A program made the position numbers and the translations under genes. This document shows positions 27,056 to 36,408 of a DNA stretch of 64,000 nt, piece by piece (the first letter of the stretch is position 1; every line of letters begins with the position of its first letter). Origin of the DNA: Gemmatimonadota bacterium (GTDB lineage: Bacteria > Gemmatimonadota > Gemmatimonadetes > Palauibacterales > Palauibacteraceae); the NCBI GenBank assembly GCA_039589195.1, contig JBDHHV010000038.1:13288-77287 (forward strand), written 5' to 3'. Under the pieces are notes generated by a model that made no database searches, was not told where the DNA came from, and saw only the letters and a program-made list of their open reading frames with translations.

Positions 27056-29611
27056 ATGACCAGCCCTGTGATCACTTTTCGGGCTCTCGGCACACCCGAG
27101 TTGAGAGATCCCGACGGCGCCGAGTTGCAGTCGATCCTCGCGCGGCCCAAGCTCCTCGGGTTGCTTTCCTTCCTGGCCTGTTCATCAACGCGGGGCTTCC
27201 ACCGCCGAGACACTCTTCTGGGACTCTTCTGGGCGGAGACCGACCAGAAGCGAGCCCGCAGCGCGCTCCGGCAGTCGCTCTACTACCTGAGGCAGTCGCT
27301 GGGGGCAGGAGTCCTGGTCAGCCGGGGCGAGGAGGAGATCGGGCTCGACCCGGAGCTGTTGTGGTGTGACGTGTCCGCCTTTGCTGCTGGTCTCGAAGAG
27401 GGCCGGCCTGAAGAGGCGCTCGAGCTGTTTGTGGGCGATCTGCTAGCCGGGTTCTTCGTTTCGGGAGCGCCGGAATATGAGCGCTGGCTGGGAGAACGGC
27501 GAGAGGAGCTTCGGCGGCAGGCGTGCAGGGCCGCGTGGGAACTGGCGGAGCGGGCCGGGGCCGAGAACAACGCTGCCGCGGCCGGGCACTGGGCTCACCG
27601 AGCCACGAAGATGGCGCCGCTCGACGAGAACCTCGTGACGCAGGCGATCGAGCTCCTGGATCGGATGGGAGATCGATCCGGGGCCGTGCGGCTGTACGAG
27701 GCCTTCGCCAGGCGGCTCGAGGAGGAGCTGGAGCTTCAGCCGTCCCCCGAGATTCGAACGCTGGTCGAGCGGATTCGCTCACGCACGGAGGTCCAAGGAG
27801 AAGGTGCCGCCGCCGCGTCCCCGGCTGCCGCTGCCCCGCCAATGGACCCCCCTTCCGCAGACGCAAGCCGTGCGGTAGAGCTACCGCGGGAGGTCATCCC
27901 GGTATCGCCGGACGCGCGGCCGCCGGCGCGCGGCAACAGGCTCCGACGCGGCGTTCTCACCGGAGCCGGTCTCATGATCGTGCTCGGCGTAGGCTGGGCG
28001 CTGAGCTCAGGCGGGCCCTCACTGGACCCGCGGCGGGTGGTCGTCACCGTCTTCGGCAACGAGACGGGCGACCCCGATCTCGATCCGTTGGGCCGCATGG
28101 CGGCGGACTGGGTCACGCACGGGATCGATGAGTCCGGAGTGGCGGATGTGGTGCCGAGCACCATCGGTTTGGCGCCCCGTCCGGACCTGACCGACCGACA
28201 GATGGCGAGGGAGGGTGGAGCGACCGCCCTGGCCGAAGCGACGGGAGCCGGGCTCATCGTCGCCGGAGCCTACTACCGCCGTGGCGACTCCGTCGAATTC
28301 CAGACGCAAGTCATCGACGCACGAGATGGACGGCTGCTGAGCGCGATGGCTCCGGTCGGTGCGCCGCTGGCGGCTTCTGCCGAAGCCGTCGACTCGTTGC
28401 GCCACCGCGTGGTTAGAACCCTCGCCGTGGTACTCGATCCCATCCTCGCCGAGACGGACGCCGCGACACGGCCACCCTCGCTGGAAGCCTACCGGGAGTA
28501 CCTGGAAGGGCTTCGGACCTTCAACCGCGCGCCGCAGCGGATGCGCGAGGCGCTGGGTTATCTGTATCGCGCGATCGAGCTGGACTCCGCGTTCCTCGCG
28601 CCTCGCTTCTACATCATCATGGCGCACATCAACGTGGGCGAGCCGATGTTGGCCGATTCCAACGCCCAGTTGCTCGCCGGCGAACGCCCTCGACTGACGG
28701 AGTCTCAACGCAATACGCTCGATTGGTTCGTGGCGGGGCTTCGCGGGGATCACATGGCCGCGCTCGAGGCGGCGCGGGCCAGGGGAGGGCCCGATGTCGG
28801 GGTGCAGGCGCTCAGGGCGAACCGTCCCGCGGAAGCGGTCGAAGCGCTGACGACCGGGGGAGACGTCTTGGGGTTGTATTTTCAATGGCTCGCGCTCACC
28901 GAAGCCTACCACGTGCTCGGGGACTTCCGTCGAGAGCTGGGGGAGGCGCGGCGCGGGCGCGAGAAGTATCCGGAGCGACTCCGGGTGCTGGATGTCGAGC
29001 TGCGGGCGCTGGCAGCCTTGGGCCGACTTCGCGACGTAGAACGCGGCTTGGATGCGGGCGTTTCGCTGCCGATCGAAGAGGTCATCACACCGGCCCACGT
29101 GATGGAGACCACGGCGGCTGAGCTTCGGGCACACGGGTCCCCTCAGGCGTCCCGGGATGTCGCGGAGCGTACGATACGATGGCTCAGATCCCAGCCTGCC
29201 GCGGAGGAGGCGAACTGGCCACACCGTTACCGCCTTGCTGTCGCCCACTACCAAGCGGAGCGTTGGGAATATGCCCGCGCTCTGTTCGGGGAGCTTGCCT
29301 CGGAGACCCCGGAGAACGTCGAGGTGCAAGGATTCCTGGGCTCCCTCGCAGCGCGGTTGGGCGACCGCGTGGAGGCGCAGCGGGTCAGCGAGCAGCTCCG
29401 AGATTTCATGAGGCCGTTCGACTTCGGGGTGGCGTCCTGGCGGCGGGCCCGCATCGCATCGCTCCTCGGCGAGCCGGAACAGGCGGTCGCGCTCCTTAGA
29501 GAAGCGTTCGCGCGAGGACTTCCGTTTACGGTGTTCCTGCACAGCGACATGGATCTCGAGCCCCTGCGTGGCTACGAGCCGTTCGAGGAGCTGGTACGAC
29601 CCAAGGGGTGA
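27056..29611 (+). CDS. SARP-type transcriptional regulator: OmpR-like winged helix + BTAD + TM + TolB_N-like + TPR
   Basis: N-terminal ITFRALGTPELRDPDG...LARPKLLGLLSFLA...RQSLYYLRQSLG is the SARP DNA-binding layout. BTAD region ELLWCDVSAF...YERWL. TM helix LTGAGLMIVLGVGWALS. Periplasmic TolB_N-like and TPR-like C-terminal half. Confidence 0.75.
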   Translation: MTSPVITFRALGTPELRDPDGAELQSILARPKLLGLLSFLACSSTRGFHRRDTLLGLFWAETDQKRARSALRQSLYYLRQSLGAGVLVSRGEEEIGLDPELLWCDVSAFAAGLEEGRPEEALELFVGDLLAGFFVSGAPEYERWLGERREELRRQACRAAWELAERAGAENNAAAAGHWAHRATKMAPLDENLVTQAIELLDRMGDRSGAVRLYEAFARRLEEELELQPSPEIRTLVERIRSRTEVQGEGAAAASPAAAAPPMDPPSADASRAVELPREVIPVSPDARPPARGNRLRRGVLTGAGLMIVLGVGWALSSGGPSLDPRRVVVTVFGNETGDPDLDPLGRMAADWVTHGIDESGVADVVPSTIGLAPRPDLTDRQMAREGGATALAEATGAGLIVAGAYYRRGDSVEFQTQVIDARDGRLLSAMAPVGAPLAASAEAVDSLRHRVVRTLAVVLDPILAETDAATRPPSLEAYREYLEGLRTFNRAPQRMREALGYLYRAIELDSAFLAPRFYIIMAHINVGEPMLADSNAQLLAGERPRLTESQRNTLDWFVAGLRGDHMAALEAARARGGPDVGVQALRANRPAEAVEALTTGGDVLGLYFQWLALTEAYHVLGDFRRELGEARRGREKYPERLRVLDVELRALAALGRLRDVERGLDAGVSLPIEEVITPAHVMETTAAELRAHGSPQASRDVAERTIRWLRSQPAAEEANWPHRYRLAVAHYQAERWEYARALFGELASETPENVEVQGFLGSLAARLGDRVEAQRVSEQLRDFMRPFDFGVASWRRARIASLLGEPEQAVALLREAFARGLPFTVFLHSDMDLEPLRGYEPFEELVRPKG

Positions 29612-29761
29612 GCGCTCGGGACGTAGAGAGCGTGGACACAACAGGGCCGCGTCGAACGTAGATACCAGGGGGGAAAAGCCTCAATACAGGAAGACCTCAT
29701 TGGGGCGGACCTCGACCTCCGCAGCGGTGTCATCGACCCTGTACCCCGGCCGGAGTCGACC

Positions 29762-30400
29762 ATGAGGCGTTGGAGGCTCAGACGACTGATGCTCCGCACG
29801 CTGGTGGCCCTCGTCGCGCTCATCGCGCTCTATCTGCTGGTGATCCGGCCCTGGCACCTGCGGTGGGGTGCCACCGACGAGGAGGTCGCTCGTCCCATGC
29901 CCGGTGACGAGACCCACGCACACCCATCGTTCAGCGGCACTCGCGCCGTGACCGTCCGCGCGCGCCCGGAGCATATCTGGCCTTGGCTCGTTCAGATGGG
30001 ATACCGGCGCGCGGGATTCTACAGCTACGACCGGCTCGACAACGCCGGCATCCCGAGCTCCGACAGCATCATCCCCGAGTATCAGGATCTGAAGGTGGGG
30101 GACCGCGTGCCGATGTCTCCCGACGCCTACGTGGAAGTGGAGGAGATGGACCCGGGGCGATCAATGCTGTGGGTGTTCCGGGGGGAGGGTCAATGGGAGA
30201 ACGCCACCTGGGCCTGGGGGCTGTACGAGGAGGACGAGGGCCAGACGCGCCTGGTCAGCCGGCTGCGAATGACCTACAAGTGGACCCGCCCGAGCATCGT
30301 CCCGATGCTGTTCGTCGATGCCGTCGAGCTCGTGATGATGCGGAAGTGTCTGCTCGGCATCAGAGACCGTGCGGAGCGACTCGCGCGTGAGGCTGCCTAG
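29762..30400 (+). CDS. SRPBCC (START/Bet v1-like) family protein with N-terminal TM helix
   Basis: TM segment [18 protein letters not shown] followed by a ~160-aa SRPBCC-like fold (polyketide cyclase / DUF1857-like). Confidence 0.55.
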   Translation: MRRWRLRRLMLRTLVALVALIALYLLVIRPWHLRWGATDEEVARPMPGDETHAHPSFSGTRAVTVRARPEHIWPWLVQMGYRRAGFYSYDRLDNAGIPSSDSIIPEYQDLKVGDRVPMSPDAYVEVEEMDPGRSMLWVFRGEGQWENATWAWGLYEEDEGQTRLVSRLRMTYKWTRPSIVPMLFVDAVELVMMRKCLLGIRDRAERLAREAA

Positions 30401-30404
30401 TGCC

Positions 30405-31034
30405 ATGTGGCTGACCACGAGGCTGGATCACATCGTCAACTGGGCTCGGCGCAACTCGCTGTGGATGATGCCGTTCAACACGGCGTGCTGCGGGATCGAG
30501 TTCATGGCCGCGTGTGCCTCCAAGTACGACCTCGCGCGGTTCGGGATGGAGAAGCTCGCATTCACGCCCCGTCAGGCGGATCTGATGATCGTCGGCGGAC
30601 GCGTGACCTACAAGCTCGCGCCCGTCGTACGGCGCATCTGGGACCAGATGCCGCAGCCCAAGTGGTGCATCGCGATGGGTGCGTGCGCGTCGTCGGGCGG
30701 GATGTTCGATAACTACACGATCGTCCAGGGGGTCGATTCCATCATTCCGGTGGATGTCTACGTACCCGGCTGCCCGCCACGACCCGAGGGGCTCATCTAC
30801 GCCATCCTGATGATCCAGGAGAAGATCAAGGGCGAGTCCCTCCTTGACCCACGGCCGCGCGCCGAGAGCCCGGAAGCCGCGGGCCGACCGAACCTGCCTC
30901 CCGAGACGATCGAGCTGATCGCCCAGCCGTTCGGGAACTCCACCCGACAGAACCGACCGAGCGGGTTGGTGCCGACCACCGCGGTCCAGCGGCCCCGCGA
31001 CCGGCGTGACAAGCGCTTGGAGCTCGACGACTGA
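30405..31034 (+). CDS. nuoB: NADH:quinone oxidoreductase subunit B (NuoB/PSST 20-kDa) homolog, orphan, with a ~60-aa disordered C-terminal extension
   Basis: Fe-S cluster N2 ligand motifs [20 protein letters not shown] and VPGCPPRPE. No other nuo genes are in the window. ATG 30405 is 5 nt after the SRPBCC stop. Confidence 0.8.
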   Translation: MWLTTRLDHIVNWARRNSLWMMPFNTACCGIEFMAACASKYDLARFGMEKLAFTPRQADLMIVGGRVTYKLAPVVRRIWDQMPQPKWCIAMGACASSGGMFDNYTIVQGVDSIIPVDVYVPGCPPRPEGLIYAILMIQEKIKGESLLDPRPRAESPEAAGRPNLPPETIELIAQPFGNSTRQNRPSGLVPTTAVQRPRDRRDKRLELDD

Positions 31035-31062
31035 GCGGCCGCATCAAAACACCTGTTCATTG

Positions 31063-32295
31063 TCAGCCGCCCAAGTCCCCCGACCCGTGACTCCAGTCCG
31101 CGTGCCACTGGGCTCCACCCACACCAGCGGTCACGGGCACGGTCCCCGTGCCATCGAGGGCCACATGGTGGGTCCACCCTGTGTCCCAATTCAGGTAGAG
31201 GATCCTGGTCCCGTCCGGCGACCAGGCGGTGGGCTCGTTGTACGTCCGGCTGTCGGTAACTCTCGTCACCGAGCTGCCGTCCACGTTCATGAGGTAGATT
31301 TCCGGGTTCCCGTCGCGAGAGGACGCGAAGGCGATGCGGCTCCCGTCCGGTGAGCACGAGCTACCGGCCGTCCAGTCGTCTTCTGCGTTTCCTGACAGGT
31401 TGACCTGACCACTCCCGTCGGCATTCATCGCGTATACTTGATACCTGCCGTCTCGCTCCGACCAGAACACGATCTTAGAGCCATCGGGGTGCCACGCCGG
31501 GTTGCCGCTATCTGCCGGATCGTCCGTCAGCTGTACCTGGTCTGTGCCGTCCGCATTCATCACGTAGATATCGAGGTCGCCGTCTCGGTCGCTTGCGAAG
31601 GCGATCTTGGAGCCGTCGGGCGACCAGGCCGGCCACCGGTCACGCCGGCCGCCCGAGGTGAGCCGAGTCTGACCCGTCCCGTCGGCGTTCATCACATAGA
31701 TGTCTTCGTCACCCCCTACATAGGTGTAGGCGATCTTCCAGCCGTCGGGCGACCAGGCAGGCCACAGGTTGCCCACCCCAAAGGGCTCTCCAGTGGCCAG
31801 ATGGGTCAACTGACGCAGATCTGTCCCGTTCGGATTGATCGTGTAGATGTCCATGCCCTCTTCCGGGCTCGCACTGAAGGCGATCCGACCCGTGGTGGGG
31901 GCTAGGCACGTCAGTTCGAACGACGCCTGGGCCGTTGCACCTCCGACGACCGTGACGCTGATCGGATTGTCCGGCGTCGTGCAGTTGACCTGCAGCCCCC
32001 GGATCGCGACATGGTGGTCTCCCACGGCAATGTTGGTGAACGTCACGGACCCACTCAGCCCGATGTCGTGCGGATCGAGGCCGTCCACGGTGACCGTGTA
32101 GCCATCGGGGTCCAGCACGGCCTCGCCAGCCTCCGCGCTGGTCAGGGTGGATACTGCGATTGAGCCCGTCGAGGGCCCGGGCGGCGGTGGGGGAGGTTCG
32201 ACCGTTCCATCGCCGCACGCCAGTGCGGCGGCGAGAGCCGCGGTCAGCGTCGTGCAAGCCGCTAGAGCGTGGGTGAGCTGTGGTCGGCGTATCAT
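31063..32295 (-). CDS. TolB-like beta-propeller (PD40/WD40-like repeats) lipoprotein
   Basis: Lipobox ALACG. Repeated PAWSPDGSKIAF...DIYVMNADG units. Confidence 0.75.
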   Translation of the reverse strand: MIRRPQLTHALAACTTLTAALAAALACGDGTVEPPPPPPGPSTGSIAVSTLTSAEAGEAVLDPDGYTVTVDGLDPHDIGLSGSVTFTNIAVGDHHVAIRGLQVNCTTPDNPISVTVVGGATAQASFELTCLAPTTGRIAFSASPEEGMDIYTINPNGTDLRQLTHLATGEPFGVGNLWPAWSPDGWKIAYTYVGGDEDIYVMNADGTGQTRLTSGGRRDRWPAWSPDGSKIAFASDRDGDLDIYVMNADGTDQVQLTDDPADSGNPAWHPDGSKIVFWSERDGRYQVYAMNADGSGQVNLSGNAEDDWTAGSSCSPDGSRIAFASSRDGNPEIYLMNVDGSSVTRVTDSRTYNEPTAWSPDGTRILYLNWDTGWTHHVALDGTGTVPVTAGVGGAQWHADWSHGSGDLGG

Positions 32296-32628
32296 GCCTT
32301 CACGCCCTCCTAGCCGATGAGAACCTCTTTGCGCCTGCCACGGTCCGTCTGCGGTAGGGGGCAGACTCGAAGTCGTGGCGTGCCATCGGCCGTAACACGT
32401 CGCGGCTCGTGGGCGGAATGCCTACCACCATGGGCGAGTGTGACCCGCCCGCAAGTCGGGAGAAGGTCTACAAGAACTGTGGGGAGAACCCCTGGTCCGA
32501 TGACCGGAGGCGTCTGCCGGTTACGATTTGAAAACCTGCGACCACGGTATTACGCCTAGGGTCCGTGCTCCCTAGGTTGCTCGGTCGTTGCGCGATTCGG
32601 ACTCCAATGCAATAGCGGGACCCAAGAC

Positions 32629-33627
32629 ATGGCACCGATAATCCCGGTAATCGACGTATCCTCTCTAAGCCGTCCCGGGGCGGACGCCGAGCTGTCGGAT
32701 GTGGTGGAGCGGATTTCCGCCGCGTGCCGGGACTGGGGCTTCTTTCAGGTGGTCGACCATGGAATCCCCGATGAGCTCATCGAGAGGGTGTGGACGGAGG
32801 CCCGGTCGTTCTTCTCCCTCCCACGCGAAGAGAAGGTCGCGATCGCGCGCACGGCCGAGAATCCGCGCGGCTACTACGATCGCGAGTTGACCAAGAACGT
32901 TCGCGATCTGAAGGAGGTTTTCGACTTCGGGTACCTCGCTCACCCGGACCTCCCCGACGATCACCTGGAGAATCGTGCCGCCGTCGACGGATCGAACCAG
33001 TGGCCAGCGTCGTTGAAGACCTTCAAGCCAACGATGATGGAGTACTTCCAGGCCTGCAAGGGACTGGGAACACGGATCTTCGAAGGGTTCTGTATGGGGC
33101 TGGGGCTGCGTCGCGATCGTCTCCACCGCTATTTCGAGCGACACACGAGCTTCGTCCGCTTGAACTACTATCCGCTCGAGGATCCGCTCGACCCGGAGGA
33201 GTCGGAGGGCGTGACGGACCTCGGGGATCTGGCGCTGGGCCACCACACGGACGCCGGTGCGCTCACGATCCTACTCCAAGATGACGTGGGCGGGCTCCAG
33301 GTGTTCGACGGCGAGGATTGGCTGGACGTGGTCCCGGTCGAAGGCGCGTTCGTGATCAACATCGGTGACATGACCCAGGTGTGGTCGAACGACCGGTATC
33401 GGGCCGCGCTCCACAGGGTTCGACCGATGACCGCCCGCGCCCGGCTGAGCGTGCCATTCTTCTTCAATCCTTCGTACGAGACCGACTGCGCGCCTCTGCC
33501 TGCGGACGGTGGGGAAGAGCCACGCTACCGTCCCGTGAACTGGGGGGAGTTTCGCCGGGCTCGCACGGCGGGCGACTACGCTGACTACGGGAAGGAGATC
33601 CAGATCGAGGACTTCCGGCTGCGGTGA
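32629..33627 (+). CDS. 2-oxoglutarate/Fe(II)-dependent dioxygenase (isopenicillin-N-synthase-like)
   Basis: DIOX_N-like N-terminus (IPVIDVS...CRDWGFFQVVDHGIP) and the HxD...H facial triad (HTDAGALTIL ... RVRPMTARARLSVPFF). Confidence 0.8.
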   Translation: MAPIIPVIDVSSLSRPGADAELSDVVERISAACRDWGFFQVVDHGIPDELIERVWTEARSFFSLPREEKVAIARTAENPRGYYDRELTKNVRDLKEVFDFGYLAHPDLPDDHLENRAAVDGSNQWPASLKTFKPTMMEYFQACKGLGTRIFEGFCMGLGLRRDRLHRYFERHTSFVRLNYYPLEDPLDPEESEGVTDLGDLALGHHTDAGALTILLQDDVGGLQVFDGEDWLDVVPVEGAFVINIGDMTQVWSNDRYRAALHRVRPMTARARLSVPFFFNPSYETDCAPLPADGGEEPRYRPVNWGEFRRARTAGDYADYGKEIQIEDFRLR

Positions 33628-34838
33628 TGGGACCTGGTCGCTCCGCCGCTGAGCCTGGGAGGCTTCTCGCAGGCTCCACGCTCACCCGGTCCCCGGCTCT
33701 GTGGGTCGGGATCGCGGTCCTCACTGCCTGTGGCTCGCCACCCGACTCCGGGTCCTCCGCCTCCAGCCGCTCCATCGACCCTGGCGCCTCCCAGGCCGCC
33801 GAGCTCTACGTGCCTGGGTCGGGCGATGCCTGGGAGCGACGCGAGCCGGCCGAGATGGGGTTTGACGCACTGGCTCTGGCGGAGGCCGTCGCCTGGGCAC
33901 AAGCGCACGAGACCTCCATGCCCGAGGATCCGGGGCAATACCTACGCGATCGCTTCGAGGGACAACCTCATCAGGAGATCGTGGGTCCGACCAGGGAGCG
34001 CGGCGGCGTGAACGGCCTCCTCCTGCGCGACGGCTACATCGTGGCCGAATGGGGGGACACCGAGCGGGCCGACATGACGTTCAGCGTCACGAAGAGCTAT
34101 CTCTCGACGGTGGTGGGATTGGCGTGGGATCGAGGGCTGATCCCGGATCTGGATGAGCCCCAAGGGGCGCTGATCCGAGACGGGGGCTTCGACTCACCCC
34201 ACAACGCCCGGATCACGTGGCGCCACCATCTGCAACAGCTCTCGGAGTGGGAGGGCACGCTGTTCGGCAAGCCGGACCGGGCCGATCGCCGACGCGGGGT
34301 AGATCGTCAGCTCCAGGCCCCCGGGACGTTCTGGGAATACAACGACGTACGGGTCAATCGGCTCGCGCTCTCGCTGAAGCGCGAGATCATGGATCCGATC
34401 GGAGCCTCGGATACGTGGGAATGGCACGGGTACGAGACCTCGTCGGTGGAGGTCGGCGGCGAACGGGTCCAGTCGGTGAGCGGCGGTGGTCACTGGGGTG
34501 GCGGGATGTTCATCTCCTCCCGCGATCACGCTCGCTTCGGGCTACTCCTGCTGCGGCGCGGCCGCTGGGGTGACCGGCAGCTGGTCTCCGAGGCGTGGAT
34601 CGACGAGGCTCTCACCCCATCTATCCAACCCAACTACGGCTTCATGTGGTGGTTGAACACGGACCGTGAGCAGTTCCCCAACGCGCCCGAGTCCAGCTTC
34701 TTCGCGCTCGGGGCCGCTTCGACATCGACCATCTGGGTCGACCCGGACCACGACATCGTGATGGTGTCCCGCTGGGTGGACGGCCCCGACGTGAACGAGC
34801 TGATCGGCAAGGTGGTGGCGGCCCTCGTGAACGACTGA
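33627..34838 (+). CDS. Serine hydrolase, beta-lactamase/transpeptidase-like fold, lipoprotein
   Basis: The start overlaps the oxygenase stop (TGATG; GTG 33624 is the alternative start). Lipobox LTACGS. SxxK motif FSVTKSY. Class-C beta-lactamase/esterase-like length. Confidence 0.7.
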   Translation: MGPGRSAAEPGRLLAGSTLTRSPALWVGIAVLTACGSPPDSGSSASSRSIDPGASQAAELYVPGSGDAWERREPAEMGFDALALAEAVAWAQAHETSMPEDPGQYLRDRFEGQPHQEIVGPTRERGGVNGLLLRDGYIVAEWGDTERADMTFSVTKSYLSTVVGLAWDRGLIPDLDEPQGALIRDGGFDSPHNARITWRHHLQQLSEWEGTLFGKPDRADRRRGVDRQLQAPGTFWEYNDVRVNRLALSLKREIMDPIGASDTWEWHGYETSSVEVGGERVQSVSGGGHWGGGMFISSRDHARFGLLLLRRGRWGDRQLVSEAWIDEALTPSIQPNYGFMWWLNTDREQFPNAPESSFFALGAASTSTIWVDPDHDIVMVSRWVDGPDVNELIGKVVAALVND

Positions 34839-35023
34839 GCGCGGGCTCCCACGAGCTGTACCCGGCGAGGAGCGCCCCGCTCGCGTAGGTGGCCCTCTAC
34901 CGCCGGCCGATCGCAACGCCTACTCTACGAAGAGAGGAACTTACGCCCCCGGATCGAGTTCGATCACGTAGTCCCATCTCAACCATGAAGTCTCCGGCCG
35001 CAGGTGCCGCAGGAGATCCTATC

Positions 35024-35437
35024 ATGCGCAGGTCATTACTCGCCTCGGTCGTCCTTTCGTTGGTGGTTGCCGGCGCCGCCCGGGCTCAAGATCCCGACGA
35101 ATGCCAGCGCTGGTCGGTAGAGGTCAGCAACTCCGAGACCATCGAGATTTCGGTGTACGCCTTCCGAGGCGACCGAGTGCCACCCAGGGTCTTTCAGCGG
35201 GAGCGCTCCAGGCTCCGCGGAGGATTCCTGAAGCGAATCAACGCTCGGGGCAGGGAAACCATAGAGCTGCGGCCAGGGCTGTCGATAATCTGGATTGAGC
35301 CCGTGGACGCGGAGCACGCACGCCAGGACCTCGGCTGGTCGGAGGCGGCCGTGATCGTCGCCTCACCCACACGCCGGACCCGCATCACGAATGTCCGGAT
35401 ACGAACCGAGTTCACCTGCCTGGACGACCCCAGGTAG
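35024..35437 (+). CDS. Hypothetical secreted protein (137 aa)
   Basis: ATG 35024 with AGGAG 9 nt upstream. Signal peptide MRRSLLASVVLSLVVAGAARA. Confidence 0.5.
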   Translation: MRRSLLASVVLSLVVAGAARAQDPDECQRWSVEVSNSETIEISVYAFRGDRVPPRVFQRERSRLRGGFLKRINARGRETIELRPGLSIIWIEPVDAEHARQDLGWSEAAVIVASPTRRTRITNVRIRTEFTCLDDPR

Positions 35438-35588
35438 CGGCGCCAGCCCGATGTCGATCGCCAAGGCTAGTGCCCGGGAGTGTTCACCCGGACACTGACG
35501 CACGAGCACGCCCTGATTCAAGAGTGGTCCGCCTTTTCCGCACCGCAGTCGGCGGTGCTATTGCTCCAACCAGCCACAGGAGGAAACC

Positions 35589-36044
35589 ATGCGCAAGCTC
35601 CCGCTCTACCTGGGTCTTTTGATCGTCTTCGGCCTGCCGGGCTCCGTCGCCGCGCAGGACGAGGACGGCGAGGTGCCCCCGACCCTCCGCCTCTCGTTTT
35701 ACCACTGCGACATGAACGAGCTCGGCCCCGCCATCGAGCAGATGGAGACCATGGAGATCCCGATCTGGGACGAGCTCGTGGATGAGGGGATGGTTGAAAG
35801 CTACGGACACTACTTCCACGCCTGGGCGAGCGAGTGGAACGTCGGGATCTACACGGTGGCCGAGAGCATCGAGGCCGTGCTCGCCGCGACCGTGGAGTTC
35901 GGCAATCGCATGCAGGAGCGGCACCCCGACGCCGCCAACGGGCTCAACCAGCTGTGCCCCGCGCACCGGGACGGCTTCTACGTCTTCGGCCCGAGGACGG
36001 GCGAGGATGACGACGAGGAGGGCGAAGAAGGCGGCGGAAGCTGA
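35589..36044 (+). CDS. Hypothetical secreted protein (151 aa) with acidic C-terminal tail
   Basis: ATG preceded by ACAGGAGGAAACC. Signal peptide MRKLPLYLGLLIVFGLPGSVAA. C-terminal DDDEEGEEGGGS. Confidence 0.55.
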   Translation: MRKLPLYLGLLIVFGLPGSVAAQDEDGEVPPTLRLSFYHCDMNELGPAIEQMETMEIPIWDELVDEGMVESYGHYFHAWASEWNVGIYTVAESIEAVLAATVEFGNRMQERHPDAANGLNQLCPAHRDGFYVFGPRTGEDDDEEGEEGGGS

Positions 36045-36076
36045 GCACCGGGCGCCGCGGCCCAGGTGACGAATGG

Positions 36077-36109
36077 CACGAAGAGCCCCGAGCACCGGGG
36101 CTCTTCGTG
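36077..36109 (+). terminator. Intrinsic terminator-like hairpin after gene 35589..36044
   Basis: cacgaagagcccc-gagcacc-ggggctcttcgtg is a 13-bp perfect stem, followed by tctcc. Confidence 0.5.
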
Positions 36110-36408
36110 TCTCCGGAACCGATCGGGCTTCGAAGCCCGCTGGGCCGCTCACCCGGGTTGAAGCGCCCCGCGTCGCGATCGCAGACTCGCCCCGGGCCCG
36201 AGGCCTTCTGTCTCGACCGAGACATCCCGCGTTACCACGAACGCGGCGCATAAGTCCAGCGCTCTTAAACGGGTAGCATCGCACGAAGCCAAACCGATGG
36301 TGGTGGCGCAATACCTGCCTCCAGTCCTCGCCCGTAGAGTTGTGGCCGCGAAGGGAGCCGCCCGCGACTCAGGTGCGGCCGCCACGACTCACCATCGAGG
36401 AGAGTCCC

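Noticed and set aside
36110-36408. 300-nt leader upstream of the radical SAM gene, as a SAM or other riboswitch
   Set aside because: No recognisable riboswitch core (for example SAM-I kink-turn/pseudoknot consensus) could be identified by eye. Left as an unexplained leader.
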